Source: Octopus bimaculoides (taxonomy: Eukaryota). Taken from it: a DNA stretch of 64,000 nucleotides. Location of the stretch: contig NC_068982.1 of assembly GCF_001194135.2 (NCBI RefSeq), positions 158,783,949 through 158,847,948 on the forward strand. The letters run 5' to 3'. Position numbers and translations under genes: made by a program. The notes under the pieces were generated by a model. The model was not told the DNA's origin. It searched no databases and was given only the letters and a program-made list of their open reading frames with translations. Every line of letters starts with the position of its first letter. The first letter of the stretch is position 1. Positions 14,523 through 27,687 of this stretch are shown here, one piece after another.

Positions 14523-14559
14523 TCTTTGACGTTTCGAGCTACGCTCTTCAACAGAAAGA
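14523..14559 (-). ncRNA. Minimal type-I hammerhead ribozyme (core variant CUGUUGA)
   Basis: Minus: UCUUU-CUGUUGA-A-GAGC(GUA)GCUC-GAAA-CGUC-AAAGA. It has a 5-bp stem I, a 4-bp stem II, a palindromic ACGU stem III and a GUC cleavage triplet. The one core deviation is A6>U at 14551. Confidence 0.6.
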
Positions 14560-14616
14560 ATACGGAGACAAGGAGAAAAACACGGAGAAAAAAAAATTGA
14601 ATAGTGTTCAGTCAAC

Positions 14617-14664
14617 GGTCAATCATAATAATGGCCGATCATAATAATGGTCGATCATAACAAT
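14617..14664. repeat. 3 x 16-bp tandem repeat
   Basis: ggtcaatcataataat / ggccgatcataataat / ggtcgatcataacaat. Confidence 0.9.
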
Positions 14665-15383
14665 GGCTGACCGGAAGTTAGAAATTATTTTTTCAGGAGA
14701 GCTAAGAAAGGGGGAGATAACAAACGGTGATCGGGAACGAGGGGCTGTGTGNNNNNNNNNNNNNNNNNNNNNNNNNNNNNNNNNNNNNNNNNNNNNNNNN
14801 NNNNNNNNNNNNNNNNNNNNNNNNNNNNNNNNNNNNNNNNNNNNNNNNNNNNNNNNNNNNNNNNNNNNNNNNNNNNNNNNNNNNNNNNNNNNNNNNNNNN
14901 NNNNNNNNNNNNNNNNNNNNNNNNNNNNNNNNNNNNNNNNNNNNNNNNNNNNNNNNNNNNNNNNNNNNNNNNNNNNNNNNNNNNNNNNNNNNNNNNNNNN
15001 NNNNNNNNNNNNNNNNNNNNNNNNNNNNNNNNNNNNNNNNNNNNNNNNNNNNNNNNNNNNNNNNNNNNNNNNNNNNNNNNNNNNNNNNNNNNNNNNNNNN
15101 NNNNNNNNNNNNNNNNNNNNNNNNNNNNNNNNNNNNNNNNNNNNNNNNNNNNNNNNNNNNNNNNNNNNNNNNNNNNNNNNNNNNNNNNNNNNNNNNNNNN
15201 NNNNNNNNNNNNNNNNNNNNNNNNNNNNNNNNNNNNNNNNNNNNNNNNNNNNNNNNNNNNNNNNNNNNNNNNNNNNNNNNNNNNNNNNNNNNNNNNNNNN
15301 NNNNNNNNNNNNNNNNNNNNNNNNNNNNNNNNNNNNNNNNNNNNNNNNNNNNNNNNNNNNNNNNNNNNNNNNNNNNNNNNNNN

Positions 15384-15431
<48 letters not shown>

Positions 15432-15516
15432 CGAGAATGTGATCCCGGTATGTTCGCTAATGAAATGAAAAACTAAATTACAAAAAAATGCGCTATACAA
15501 TACACGATAATATAGA

Positions 15517-15710
15517 TTTCAAATTTTGCACAAGGCCAGCAATTCATGGGGAGGAATTAAGTCGATTATAATGACTCCAGTGTTCAACTGGTACTTATTT
15601 TATTGATCCTGAAAGAATGAGAAGCAAAGTCAACCTCCGTAGAATTTGAACTCAAAGCGTAGAAACAGACGAAATGCGGCTATGCATTTTGGTCGGCGTG
15701 ATGGCTATGG
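15517..15710 (-). mobile_element. tRNA-derived SINE, family A
   Basis: Reverse complement carries cgccgaccaaaatgc..catttcgtc..gagttcaaattc (B-box-like)..aaataagtaccagttgaacactgg..ccttgtgcaaaatttgaaa, shared with many copies in the window. Confidence 0.85.
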
Positions 15711-15790
15711 TTCAAGCACACTAAGACTAAACTGGCCTCTGAATTAAGAGAAGCATACGCCTGAAGTAAAACTGCCTAGAATTATTACGG

Positions 15791-15930
15791 CGCCGGTCAA
15801 AATGGTTAGCATCATTTCGTCCGCTTTTACGTTCCAAGTTCAAATTATGTCGTAGTTGATTAGCCTTTCATCCTTTCAGGATCGTGAAAATAGGTACCAA
15901 CTGAACACTGGAGTCAATGGAATCGACTCA
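15791..15930 (+). mobile_element. tRNA-derived SINE, family A
   Basis: cgccggtcaaaatg..catttcgtcc..aagttcaaatt..tttcatcctttcaggatc..gtaccaactgaacactggagtcaatggaatcgact. Confidence 0.85.
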
Positions 15931-17599
15931 TCTTTTCCCATGTGAATTTGTCTTCGATCTTACAGCTTTTGGTTTCTGTTTTATTTTACAAATATTTGCA
16001 TAAAATATGCATGTAATCTTCAAAGCACATCTTATGCAGATTGCATTATAGAAATATAATTCTGCTGTATTTCCAAATTCTTGCTTAAAATATATGCTTC
16101 CATTATAATACACATTTGAAAATATATACGATGTTATATAAATATAAAGATATATATATAAGTATATATNNNNNNNNNNNNNNNNNNNNNNNNNNNNNNN
16201 NNNNNNNNNNNNNNNNNNNNNNNNNNNNNNNNNNNNNNNNNNNNNNNNNNNNNNNNNNNNNNNNNNNNNNNNNNNNNNNNNNNNNNNNNNNNNNNNNNNN
16301 NNNNNNNNNNNNNNNNNNNNNNNNNNNNNNNNNNNNNNNNNNNNNNNNNNNNNTATATATATATATATTGTTGGGATTGTACATCGATACATTAGTGCAA
16401 TGAAAGCAAAGTTGTTGAAACACATAACGTATTTCCTTTTCAATAAACATGAGTAAAAGAAAAAAATAATTATGTTTTAAATATTCTTTATTTTGGAAAT
16501 AAGGACTGCAGATATAGTTGTTATGTGACAAATATGTCCCCGTGCAATTATACAAAGTTTAGCATACTTTCACCGAATGCTTTCAAAGTATTGAATAACG
16601 ACTCTACTAGTAAGATCAGAATTTAACATCTTGTAAAATCTTTGCATTAGTTGTAATACAATTTTCGGAAATAATAGATAAAATTGACAATTCCATTATT
16701 TTACTTGAAGAAACACTCATGTATTCTATATATTGCATCTACAATTAAAAATACATACTAGCTATTCTCTTTTAGTCTCTATATTGTATTTTCTGAGATG
16801 TTTATTTTCACATCAATGATTTCGTATTTTAATAAAATAGAATATATATGTACTAGACAGGAGTCATGTAGCTGATTCAGTATAATTCCAGTATATCGCT
16901 GTAATGGAGAAGTTTTGACACTAGAAGGAATTTAATTCTGAATATTAAAACTTTAAGTTAACTACATTTCCTTTTTCGTATTCTGCTGATACATTTAAAG
17001 TGTATTTTTTCATGATTTTCATGCAATACAAAACATTATTTTCTGTGACGAAGTTCTCGATTGCTATTTTTTACTTTATGTCCTCAAAGACATCAGTCGA
17101 GTACACGAAGTGGAAAACTATATTAAGTTTTTTAAAAATGAAATATAACTATAAGATTTTTCAACAATATTGAATTACAAAATATAAGCCAGACGAAATA
17201 ATTTATTTTCTTATTTAGTTACAGCACTTAAAGTGTCTGATCTCTAATCCTGCCGCAAGTCAAATCGCTTTTCATAAATGTAAGGTCAGAAAAAAAACTT
17301 ATTATAAGTTCGAATTAATCGAATATCCTCCATCCTTTTAGATATACTGCCTCCTGCCAAAGAGAAAGGGAGAAACCAATGCTATTTAGCAATATCGAGC
17401 ACTGTAATGCTGAAAAGAAAGCCCGCGGCGTTTCTGCAAACCGGTACTATTCCAACTTACTAATTGAAAGACAGTTGTTCATTTACTCTGGCCAATATTG
17501 CCCCAAGAAAAAGTAACAGAAGTTGCACATAATCCATATTAACTCTAATAGATTAAATAAAAAGTTTGCTCTTATTCGAAACAACATAAGATATAGACC

Positions 17600-18110
17600 G
17601 AACAAAAGATGGAGCACATACGTGATGGTTCGATTTCATTATAAAGAACAGCTACATTCCCTATATAAGATGACCTCTATTAACCTTTTAAATGAAGTAA
17701 CATGTTTCAAAATTTCATTCGAGGTATGTTAAAACACGGCTTGTAAATGCTTAGTGGTATGCCATCAACTTCAACTAGTGGTACACATCTCACAATGCAC
17801 GACAGAACATGGTGGAGATTTTTGCAACGTGGATACCTCGCAAACTTACACCCGATTTGAAGAATAAAGAGTTTGAAATCTGCTCTGATCTACTAGATAT
17901 TTCTTGCAGTTATACAGACAATCTGGTGACAGAGGATGAAACGCTGTCGCATCTTTATTACTAGTAATCGAATGCCAAGTACAGACAAACGTGACAGGCT
18001 TCTGTGCCATGGCTTAAGAATTTTAAGACCTGGTAGTCAACACTAAATGTTATGATTATTCAGCAGGAATAGTATATGCCATATACCACACTTGTAAATA
18101 TCGACCTGCA
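17600..18110 (+). mobile_element. mariner transposase remnant, highly decayed
   Basis: WIPRKLTPDLKNKEFEICSDLL..NLVTEDET matches the WVP(H/R)EL linker and first catalytic IVTGDET motif. Confidence 0.7.
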
Positions 18111-20438
18111 TATATGTATATATCTGAATATCTAGCTGAAAGGATATATTTTCAAGTTGGTGTGCTATTATGGACGTAGTCAAATGACTGAAACAAATAA
18201 AAGATAATATGCACACACATACACTCAGACATTCATATAAGTTAACCCCACCCTGATGTATTGAAATCGTAATTGAATTTTAAACGTTATTATAAGCTTA
18301 AATCTTTTTGTATTACTTAATGTTACTCACAGAATGTTTTAATAAATTCCACTCATATTATGTAACATATTTAATTTAGTACTCGTCTTTGTCGCCTATT
18401 TTTATGATTTACCAACTGACATTTTATTAGCGATGAATGAGTATTTCAGCACAAGCGAAGGCTAAAATTTAGAACTTAAATCATTTGCGTATGTCTGAAT
18501 ATTTGTGGAATATATTTGTCTTGTATTTACATAAAGTCTCAATGGTATTGGAAAGGTGGCGCCAGTCAGCCACTATTAACATTAATTATATGCAATTCTA
18601 CACAGAAAAAGTTCCATATCGACCACGACTACATACATTATTATTTATTGTAATTTTAGATATTATGTCTTAAATATTTTGTTTTTGGCAATAAACATCA
18701 CCATTTTACAATATCTACACGAAATGTATAAAATGCAAAGAAAAAATAGAAATTTTATTCTTTGCTCGTCTCTATATTTTTCTTATTTTTCTAGCATTAT
18801 CGAATAATTTACTCAGAGTTAACGTAGCTTATATCTGGATATTTTTTATGTAGATTTAGCTAAGCATCATAAGTTGATTGCTAAATGAGACCAGCAAAAT
18901 TGGATTTAACTTGAAAAAAATACTATAATCGATATCCCCTGTTTAAATCGGCAAATTCGATATATTCATTCCGATTTTTGTTCACTCCGGAATGCGAGAA
19001 TAATTGCAGTAGATCACATCACATTATTGAAGCAGAGTTAACTTACATGAAGCAGTAGCAACGTTATTTTATTTAAGTTATCCAGTTCATGACATTAACT
19101 TATAATAGCAGCAAACGCCGAACCCAATACTGTTTCACTCAATATTTTTTTTCTCGATTGTCATTCTCAATACTTCATTCCAAAATTGAACTCAGAATCC
19201 AGATGCTTCGTCTCTTTTGTAAGAAATCAATAATTTTAAAAAGGGTTGCAAATGGAATGAGAGAGGAAATGACAAATCAATAGAGTGACTAAGATTACAT
19301 TGCTGCTTAAAGTCATTTTATTTTACATGCTTTTCTAATGCATTCAAGAGTGCATTAAAATGTTACATCTTACTTCACATAGTTGAAAACTTATACGTAA
19401 CTGTTACAATCTTACTTCACATAGTTAAAAACTTATGCGTAAATGTTTCGTCAATAGGAGCTTAAAAAATTATTTTATATGCGGCAAATGATATTATATG
19501 CTGCAAATACTGTTGTAATCCCTGCATAAAGTGAATAATAGGGTACCATATAGTATGAATGATAAGATGGTGATGGCGTGTGTAAGCAACTGTTAGTGAA
19601 TAATTCATAATAAAGTTTGATTAAAGTATGTCGAATTTAATTCTTCGACTGGTTTGTTTCTTGTGAAGAAGACTGAAAATATAATGTTGTAGCTTTGTTT
19701 GTAAGCCAACAATTTGTAACAACTATCACATAGTTAAATATATATTTTTTCAATCTTATTTTCATGCAATAATGACTTTTGTTATCGAAGGGACAGATTC
19801 GTTTTAAGCACATTTTGTATTGGTTAAGTTAATCTTAGCGAAGAGTAACGTCGTTGCACAGGCGTATATTGTAAGGACAATATTTATAGGGATTACTTCT
19901 ACTTCTTCAGCTGCTATTTCCACATATGAACTTAGACTTGGACAAATATGGTACTAATATATTTACAATTTATTACATTTCAAAAAAAAAAAAAATACGA
20001 AAAAGAAAAAAAACGTTTCTCCCCACAAATTTGAGAATACTTACATATTTCTGTACGCATCTCTATTTATTAACTGTGCGTTTCCTTCGATATTATTATT
20101 CAATATTTAACCAATATTATTCGAATATACTTTTTAACAAATATTTCAGAAACTGACACACCAAAAACAGAGTAAACATAAGACATACTAATTGCATACT
20201 GTGCTTCGTTCGATGGCGTATTTATTATCCATAATGTCAAAGATAAGTAAAACTGTATAACCACGTTTCTGAATATAGCTGACATCTACCTCAACTACTC
20301 ACCAAATAATATTTATACTTACCATCAATCATCCCGTAAGCCAAACTTAGATATACCGCACTAAGTATACATGCCTACCAGTTTTAAATTAGCATATTTG
20401 CAATATACATTTTAAAATATGATTTTAAATTTGATATG

Positions 20439-20439
<1 letters not shown>

Positions 20440-20502
<63 letters not shown>
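20440..20502. repeat. (TA)n microsatellite
   Basis: Direct reading. Confidence 0.95.
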
Positions 20503-20504
<2 letters not shown>

Positions 20505-20559
20505 CAAATTATCTAGTACACAGAAATTATTCCCTCACTCAAATGAAAAGGGGAGAAAG

Positions 20560-21500
20560 AAAACGGTGCCTCTCCGTCAGAGAATGCAAGAAACTCCGTG
20601 ACCTAAAAATCCATCAGGCCAGAGAGAAATGCGTTGAGAATCAGGTGCAACGTAAAGGAACATATCCTGGTGAAACTAAGAGAGAGCATGGCAGGACGCA
20701 TTCCATCGTGCTGAGTTCCTCCATGTCTCACCACTCCCGATACCATGCAAAGTAATTGAACTGGTTAAATCGCTTCCAAAGAATGAGTGGTCGCACGTTG
20801 AACACGATGTATACAAGGTCATACATTCAACGCCTATGTGCGTCACTGACGGTCGATTGAAAGAAGCAATGACAACAATCACTATTAGATACACGTTTGT
20901 CAGATTCAGTTGTACGGAAGTAGTAAATAACATAAAGCCCTGCACATATACAATAGCATTTGCTACGTAAAACTGCAGAACTACCATGGCACAAAGACTT
21001 CTGTAGGAATTGAGGACCCGCAGAAAGCAGTACAAGTTAGCCATTAAGGGAAACGTCAGCCACTAGCACTACTGTGCAACACCACGAAAAAGTTCACTTT
21101 TTTGTATAGCACAAGGTACAGTAGGCCAAAAAGAGAAAGGGCTAAAATGCATAGAGCTTTCCTCTCCAACTCTTTCAACTCGTTAATAAGTTGCTTGTTG
21201 ACAAGTAAAGTGGTAATCTTGAATTGTAAGCAAAAGAATGAAGCACCTTTTTCGCATAAGATTAGGCGACTACTCAAGACAGGATGAACTTGATCAATAT
21301 GATATCCTTATAAGCCGAACAACCTCGAAGCCCGAGTTTGACAAGTACAAACTAAGTTGTACAGTCCAGGAAGTTACTAAAACAAGACATTCGGCCTCTG
21401 ACCATTGTCAATATCAGCAGCAGCAATCGCAGCGTTGTATTGGTTATGTAAAAAGACTTGTCCCACTGAGATATAGTGGGTATGATTTACCCGGATGTAT
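20560..21500 (+). mobile_element. Ty3/Gypsy LTR-retrotransposon pol remnant (protease-linker-RT start), very decayed
   Basis: GC-richer block. Across frameshifts it reads SHKIR.., KLLKQDI.RP.., VVLVM*KD.S.LRY.., resembling HxIxL..L(L)xxGIIRPSxSP..PVVLVxKKDGSLRFCVDYR. Confidence 0.5.
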
Positions 21501-24500
21501 ACTGTGAGTTCTCCTTCAACTTTGTACCGTGCAATGTAACCAAACTTTCGTCAGATAAAAATAAGAAGCAGAATACAGATGGAGAAAATCAACGATAGTA
21601 CTTGTGTGATGCAATACGTTATCGAACTCAGATGCACAACTGCTAATTTTAGCAACGATTTGATTTGTATTTAGGAAGTAAAATACTGTATTTAACAACA
21701 CATCTTATGCATTTCTTGTGCGGTTCTACAACAATTCTGCTTATCGATAATTGTCATACGATAAATTAAATATAAGCTGGTGAGTGTGTTAGATAATAAG
21801 GCTTTAAGACAATATGACTATCGCCAGTCACAACAAAATTTGCTTCAACACGCGAACTCACATAATGAACCATGCAAACCAGCTACAAAAACGAAGTAAT
21901 CTTTAAAAGTTTAAATATATTCATCTCTCTCTTATACATTTATATTAGGGTACCTGTGTGTTTGTATGTTTGCGCGTATTTGTGTATGTGTTTGTGTGTG
22001 TGTGTGTGTGGGTGTGTGTGTGTGTGTGTAGGTGTGTGTGTTTGCATACTTCTACGGTTAATGAATGTATGCGTATGAACGCGAATGTTTCTCTATGAAA
22101 GGGGCGAATGAAAATAGAAGTCAAACAATTTTCAACCGAATTGTTTTTCATTCATTTTCCTATTCCCTAATGAATGCGATTCGATAACGTCATAACATTT
22201 CAACATGCTAGCAAATATATGAATATACTTTGCTTCGTATTCTTGAAATAAAAAAAAATTATATAAAGGGTTTCAGTACGTTTGATGCCAAAACGAATAT
22301 ATCAGGTCAAATAATTAAAAGTAAGGATTATATTTCTTGATGGTGGTGTTGATAGTGGATTGTCTTTTAGATACCTCTAAAATGTCTCACAATTATAAAT
22401 CAATTTATATCCGCACGACTGTTCTTCCAATTCCTCAGTTGATTTACTGTGTAAGAAGTAGTATGAAGAATCAAGTTAGAACTATAATTATGTTTAATTA
22501 TACGTAATAAAATTTGCGTAGAAGTTATCTTTCTTCAACAGTTTTAAATTAAAGTTTCCTAAGACTAAAATACAATTTGTCTCTGGCCAAAGGATACAAC
22601 CAAAACTTATATTTGTAGGAATCAATAGATTTAACCGATAAAGAATAAATTAAATCTAAAAGTTTAATTTTCGACAAAATTCTTTTAAAATGTTAAAGTG
22701 TATGCCTGCGTATCCATGAGTGTTCCGGTTTCCTTGTTTGCGCTTTGTGAATTTTTCTTTTTATGTATGTGAGTCTCCGTCTGTTTGATAGTATTTGTAT
22801 ATATATGTATGTGTGCTTGTGCACGTAATGAAGATGATTTTAGTAGATGTGTTAACCAAGAATGGAATATATTTGAATGAAATGTAAAATGAAATGCTTT
22901 GACATGCAAATCTTCACATTCATTAAATGAACAAATTTCAAAGAAATATTATTTCACCATTAGATTTACATTATGTAAATCTAATAAAAGAATTCGGAAT
23001 GTTTTTAATGTATCATCTTGTTTAGAGAAATAAAAAGAAATGCGATGTTAAAATCGATAGAAAGTATTGTTTCAACGACAGATTAAAATAGCATTGTTTC
23101 TATCGATAACTAAAATTACTGGACATTATTTCTAAAAGATTTGTAAATTGGAGCTGTTTGGCTTATCATTAGAGAGAGGGAGATGATCTGGAACGAATGA
23201 ACCAATAACAATGTCGTATTAAGCAACTAGTCTGTTGAAATTCAGTTCGTAGGGAGTCAATACATTTCTCCTGAGAGATATCAAACTTCCAATTACTGAC
23301 TCCTTATTCGATGTTCCGAAACGATTGATTCTACCCCATAGAGAAAACAAGTCAAAACAATTTCTCTCCACAAATTAAGTTCAGACAATTAAATTACTGT
23401 CCTAATTCATTGATTACTTGACTGCAGCAAACATATTTCTCGCTAATCATAAACCATATATGTCCACATAATTCAGCTTCGGTGGATTCCAGATTCCTCT
23501 TTCACTCTATTTCGCCTTCATTACCATGTAGGTGACATACATGCAAATTTCCAAGCTAACGATTGAGAATAAACGTGGTCTCCAAATCATACAAAAACCG
23601 CACTGTATAATTTTAAATTTTGACAGGATTACTTTTATTATTATTTTCAACAACTTTTAACAGCAGTTAGACATTTCAGTTATGCTTTCCATAGAGTGTA
23701 AAAGTACTATTCTTTTTCGACAGTTCTGACCACATTTTGATTAGAAGTAATAAATCATTCACTAAATGTGCATATGTATGATACCGAAAGGTCACGATGC
23801 TTTGAATGAATAACATAATAGTTGCTTCTAGAGCTACTAGCCAAAAACCAAAGCCTCGAACACCCCTAAGTAAGGGCGCAGATTCCAACAATCATTGCTA
23901 TAGTTATGACTATCATATGACATATCAGCTGGATTGAAGTATTCACGTGACCTACTTGCATGGGTGGCCGTAATACACAGACGTAGCAGAGAGTGGACAA
24001 CAGATTATTTTATCTCACCAATCACAAATCAAGCCGTATGTTAACTGGGAGCGAACTCAGCCACAAACAGCGTTTTAGAACAACGGACAGAAAGATCCAT
24101 TTTATGAGGCAACACTGTGTTTCTCAAAACTTACACGTTTGAAAATCAACAGAAACGAAACGGGTTAAGTGTATTAAATTTGATTGAAAAATGCTTCATG
24201 TAAACTCTTCTAATTTTTCAATTTGACTTATTTGTTCTCAACCACTAGCGGTAGGAATGAGTAATGATAGCACCTACACACATGCATACATATGTATATA
24301 CATACATACATACATACATGCATACATACATATATATATATATATATACACAGATATATCTACATATATACACATGTATAGATATAGATATTTGCCTGTG
24401 TCCCAGCATAACCACAGCCTTGGAGCTAAAAAATATAAAAGAATGAAAGAAAAATAGGACATATATATATATACATATTTGTGTGTATATATGCATATAT

Positions 24501-27500
24501 GGGCACAGGACGTCACTAATGGTGCACATAACATGAAATACGTACGAGAAGATTCGGAAAACAGGACAAGTTAACACAGAAAAAGCACCCTTCATCAGTT
24601 GTCGGCTGTGTATCTACTCCTCATTTCGAGTATTCAACGACAATATGAGTTTTCAAAGGCAGTTGCCTCCATAAATTCTAAAATGAAATTTAGCATTTAT
24701 GGATTGTCAAATTTGAAAAAAATAAAATGACAGTGGTGATATACAAGGCAGTCGAAAGAAAACAAACATGGAGGTTCGTTAGACCAGAATGAGAGGAAAA
24801 TAGTGAACGCTGGGAGAAAACAGTTTTGAAAAGATAGAAGAGAGAGAAAAAAACACGTCCCTTCGTTTAAACGTTCGTATAGGAAGAGGAAGATAGTCAC
24901 GTGAGGAAAAGGAAGATGGACAATGGTCACGTGTGAGCAACGAGCGAGTGAGAGAAAAAGTGAAAGAGGAGAGACAGATGGAAATGGTGAAGGAGCGAGG
25001 GGAAAAGGGAATTAGAGAAAGATGAAGGAAACAGTATAGAGTAATCCAAGTAAGTATATATATGGGGGGNNNNNNNNNNNNNNNNNNNNNNNNNNNNNNN
25101 NNNNNNNNNACGTGTATGTTGGGCAGGGTGTGAAAGAGAGAGAGAGAGAGAGAATGAAAAACGAAATACTGAACACATGAAGAAATACTATGAATTATTG
25201 AATCTGAAGCCTTCCCGTCGTTACTTGGACACAAATATTACCAAATATGTAAACAAATAAAAAAGAACTGGAAGAATAGAGAAATATGAATATTCATGAA
25301 TGCATCGAGATATGATTACTCATTGAGACTAGCGTTGTTGCTAGTTATTTCAACAGATTATGCGTAGGATTTTCATCTCTGCAATTGTTGTATGCGGAAC
25401 ACGTGGTATTTTCATCTATTCACTTTCAAAAGCACATAATATTTTGATGTTTTCTCCATTGTATGTGGAAACTACACAATGAAGAAAGATTGGTTATTAT
25501 TTTTTGTAGTTTGGGCGAACATAAAAGCATATATTTTATAATTTGTGTATATGTGCCTGGGAATGGCAAATCAATTACGCAGAAAATAAACAATTCTGGC
25601 GATTTGTATTTAGACATTCCTAAATAAATATCGATGGAAATAAATATTATATCCACAATTTCCGAATTTTCGTTAAATTTACAAAAAGCTGTAATAGGAT
25701 ATTATATCTCTCCGAGATACAAAGATAATATTTTTTCGAGATATGGATATAAGCTGACGCGTGTTCCGAAATAGAGGAATCGATTTTCTCATTATTAATA
25801 TTTTCATCCCTTAAACACCATATATATTTGAACAGATGTGGTGAGCCGAATTTCTGTGTTTCTGAATGTTCTCAAAATGTACAAGCTTCCTTTCTAAAAC
25901 AAGTTTCACTGTATAGGATTTTTCACTATTTCGGAATGATTGCTCTTCGATCGATGATCAAAAGTTTTAGGAAGAAAATGCTCATGATAGGGCAGGTTTT
26001 ATGCCCCTTGTAATTAAACATATAAACCTGCTTGGTTGAGCTGTTTATATTTTCTTATGTTAATGTAGAGCATGGGGCAGCATTGTCTAATTACAGACTA
26101 TAGCTTTTTATATGAAGATCATATCTTTTCTATTCTCTCTGAAAAAATGGTTGTTGTGAAAGTTTAGTAATGTTTAGCGAATATTGGTAAGAAAAGTTAA
26201 ACCATATAACATATTACCTCCATAATTTTACTTTTTTAATGTATGATTACTTTTTGTATGTGATGCATCATAGCATTTTATATCTCCACGCCTAAAGTGA
26301 TTCTTCGTAAAATGTAACTACGATATGCTCTTATGTTATTTAGTAAGATTCAAAGAATTTTGAGGAAATGACATCAGTTTTAAAACTGAACTGCAATTTG
26401 ACCTTAGAATCAGCATAATGGGTCTAATTAACAGTACTTTATTCTGTTGATATAGCTAAGAAATTAACAATAATTAGATGATCATTTACTCCGAACTTAA
26501 ATGTCAATTCCATGTATACAATTATAGACCGTTTTCCTTATAGCATCCACTATATAGGTGTTTCTAAATTGCAAAATAGTTTATCAACATTTTAAATAAC
26601 GGATTCTGAATAGCAGCCTCACATCCAAGAATGTCTAAGTTATACAATCCTGAAATGTTAAACCTCAGCTGCCTTATACAACTTCATAATCAGCTCAACA
26701 ATTCCTAGGTTTGTAGATAACTTAAGAAAGAACTACTGTGAAAGATTTCCTTGCGTGCACAACGCTGTTACTGTCAAAAGCACTAAGACGAATAAAATAT
26801 CTACTATATGTTCACGAAGAAATTCATTTACAAATGGATAGAACTCTGCTATATCGAACTGCATAAATTTATAAATCATGTACTAGTTATGTCATTGAAC
26901 CAGTTATTAACTTATAATCTATTACTCTATACTGGACGGAAAGTATGTTGTTCGTGTTAAACATAATAGAACCTAAAATATTTTAATATATTATTGTCCA
27001 TATTCCCAGATGTATTAATCTACAGCGTATTGCTATGCATATAAAACAAAGTTTTGCTTGAAATTTGATTCCAGGTATATTTTGATAGATATGCATCCAT
27101 TCAGTTTTTGCTAAAACTACATTTAGTGAAGCATCTGGTATGAAGTATTTATAAGATAAACAGAAAAGAGATCAAGCCAGTGGATTTACGATACAGTGAT
27201 TCAAGCTAACATGATAAAACAATTCAGACAATGAAGGAATTTCAAATGTCAGTCTTACGAATGGTGTTATAAGGTGATATATTTTCCTTAAAGCTTAATA
27301 TGCTGATTGTATTTGCTCGAATTTATCACCTGTGATTATGACTGTGATTCAGTATTATGTAAGTTAATATTTGAAGAGGAGTGTGTCTTCACTCTATACA
27401 TTTGTGAGGCGGCATGTTTCATTATCATATCACACCTGTCAAATGGCCAGCAATTGAACAAAATATCTTTGTCTTTCTCTTTAGTTGTATATATTGCCAA

Positions 27501-27644
27501 TTGGCAACCGTTCATACATGCATATGGTGTACAAATATATATCATGAACATATGTCTGTCTATGTAAATTTGTTTCTGTGTTCGTGCAAATGTATCATCA
27601 TTAGAGAAGTGCTTGCATTCTCATATGTGCGTGTGTGCATATAT

Positions 27645-27687
<43 letters not shown>

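Larger units (their letters stand above)
14440..14751 (-). mobile_element. Probable Penelope-like element pseudo-LTR / retrozyme-like terminal region
   Basis: On the minus strand a pyrimidine-rich leader and a 16-bp tandem array precede a minimal hammerhead. The region runs into an N-gap. Minimal hammerheads are a hallmark of Penelope pLTRs. Confidence 0.45.

Noticed and set aside
17461-17537. Minus-strand signal-peptide-like exon MDYVQLLLLFLGAILARVNEQLSFN with GTAAGT donor
   Set aside because: It abuts a mariner remnant and ends in phase 2 on TA. The downstream acceptors I tried (about 14.1 kb) create stops.
19361-19445. 41-42 bp tandem duplication (similar short ones near 6915, 46978 and 53385)
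   Set aside because: Ordinary slippage duplications, two units only.
21565-21720. Possible mariner N-terminus (MEKIN..)
   Set aside because: Too decayed; no diagnostic motif retained.
25800-26620. Possible DNA-transposon remnants (DNAAP-like codons, gattctgaata motif)
   Set aside because: No TIR pair or consistent catalytic motifs could be established by eye.
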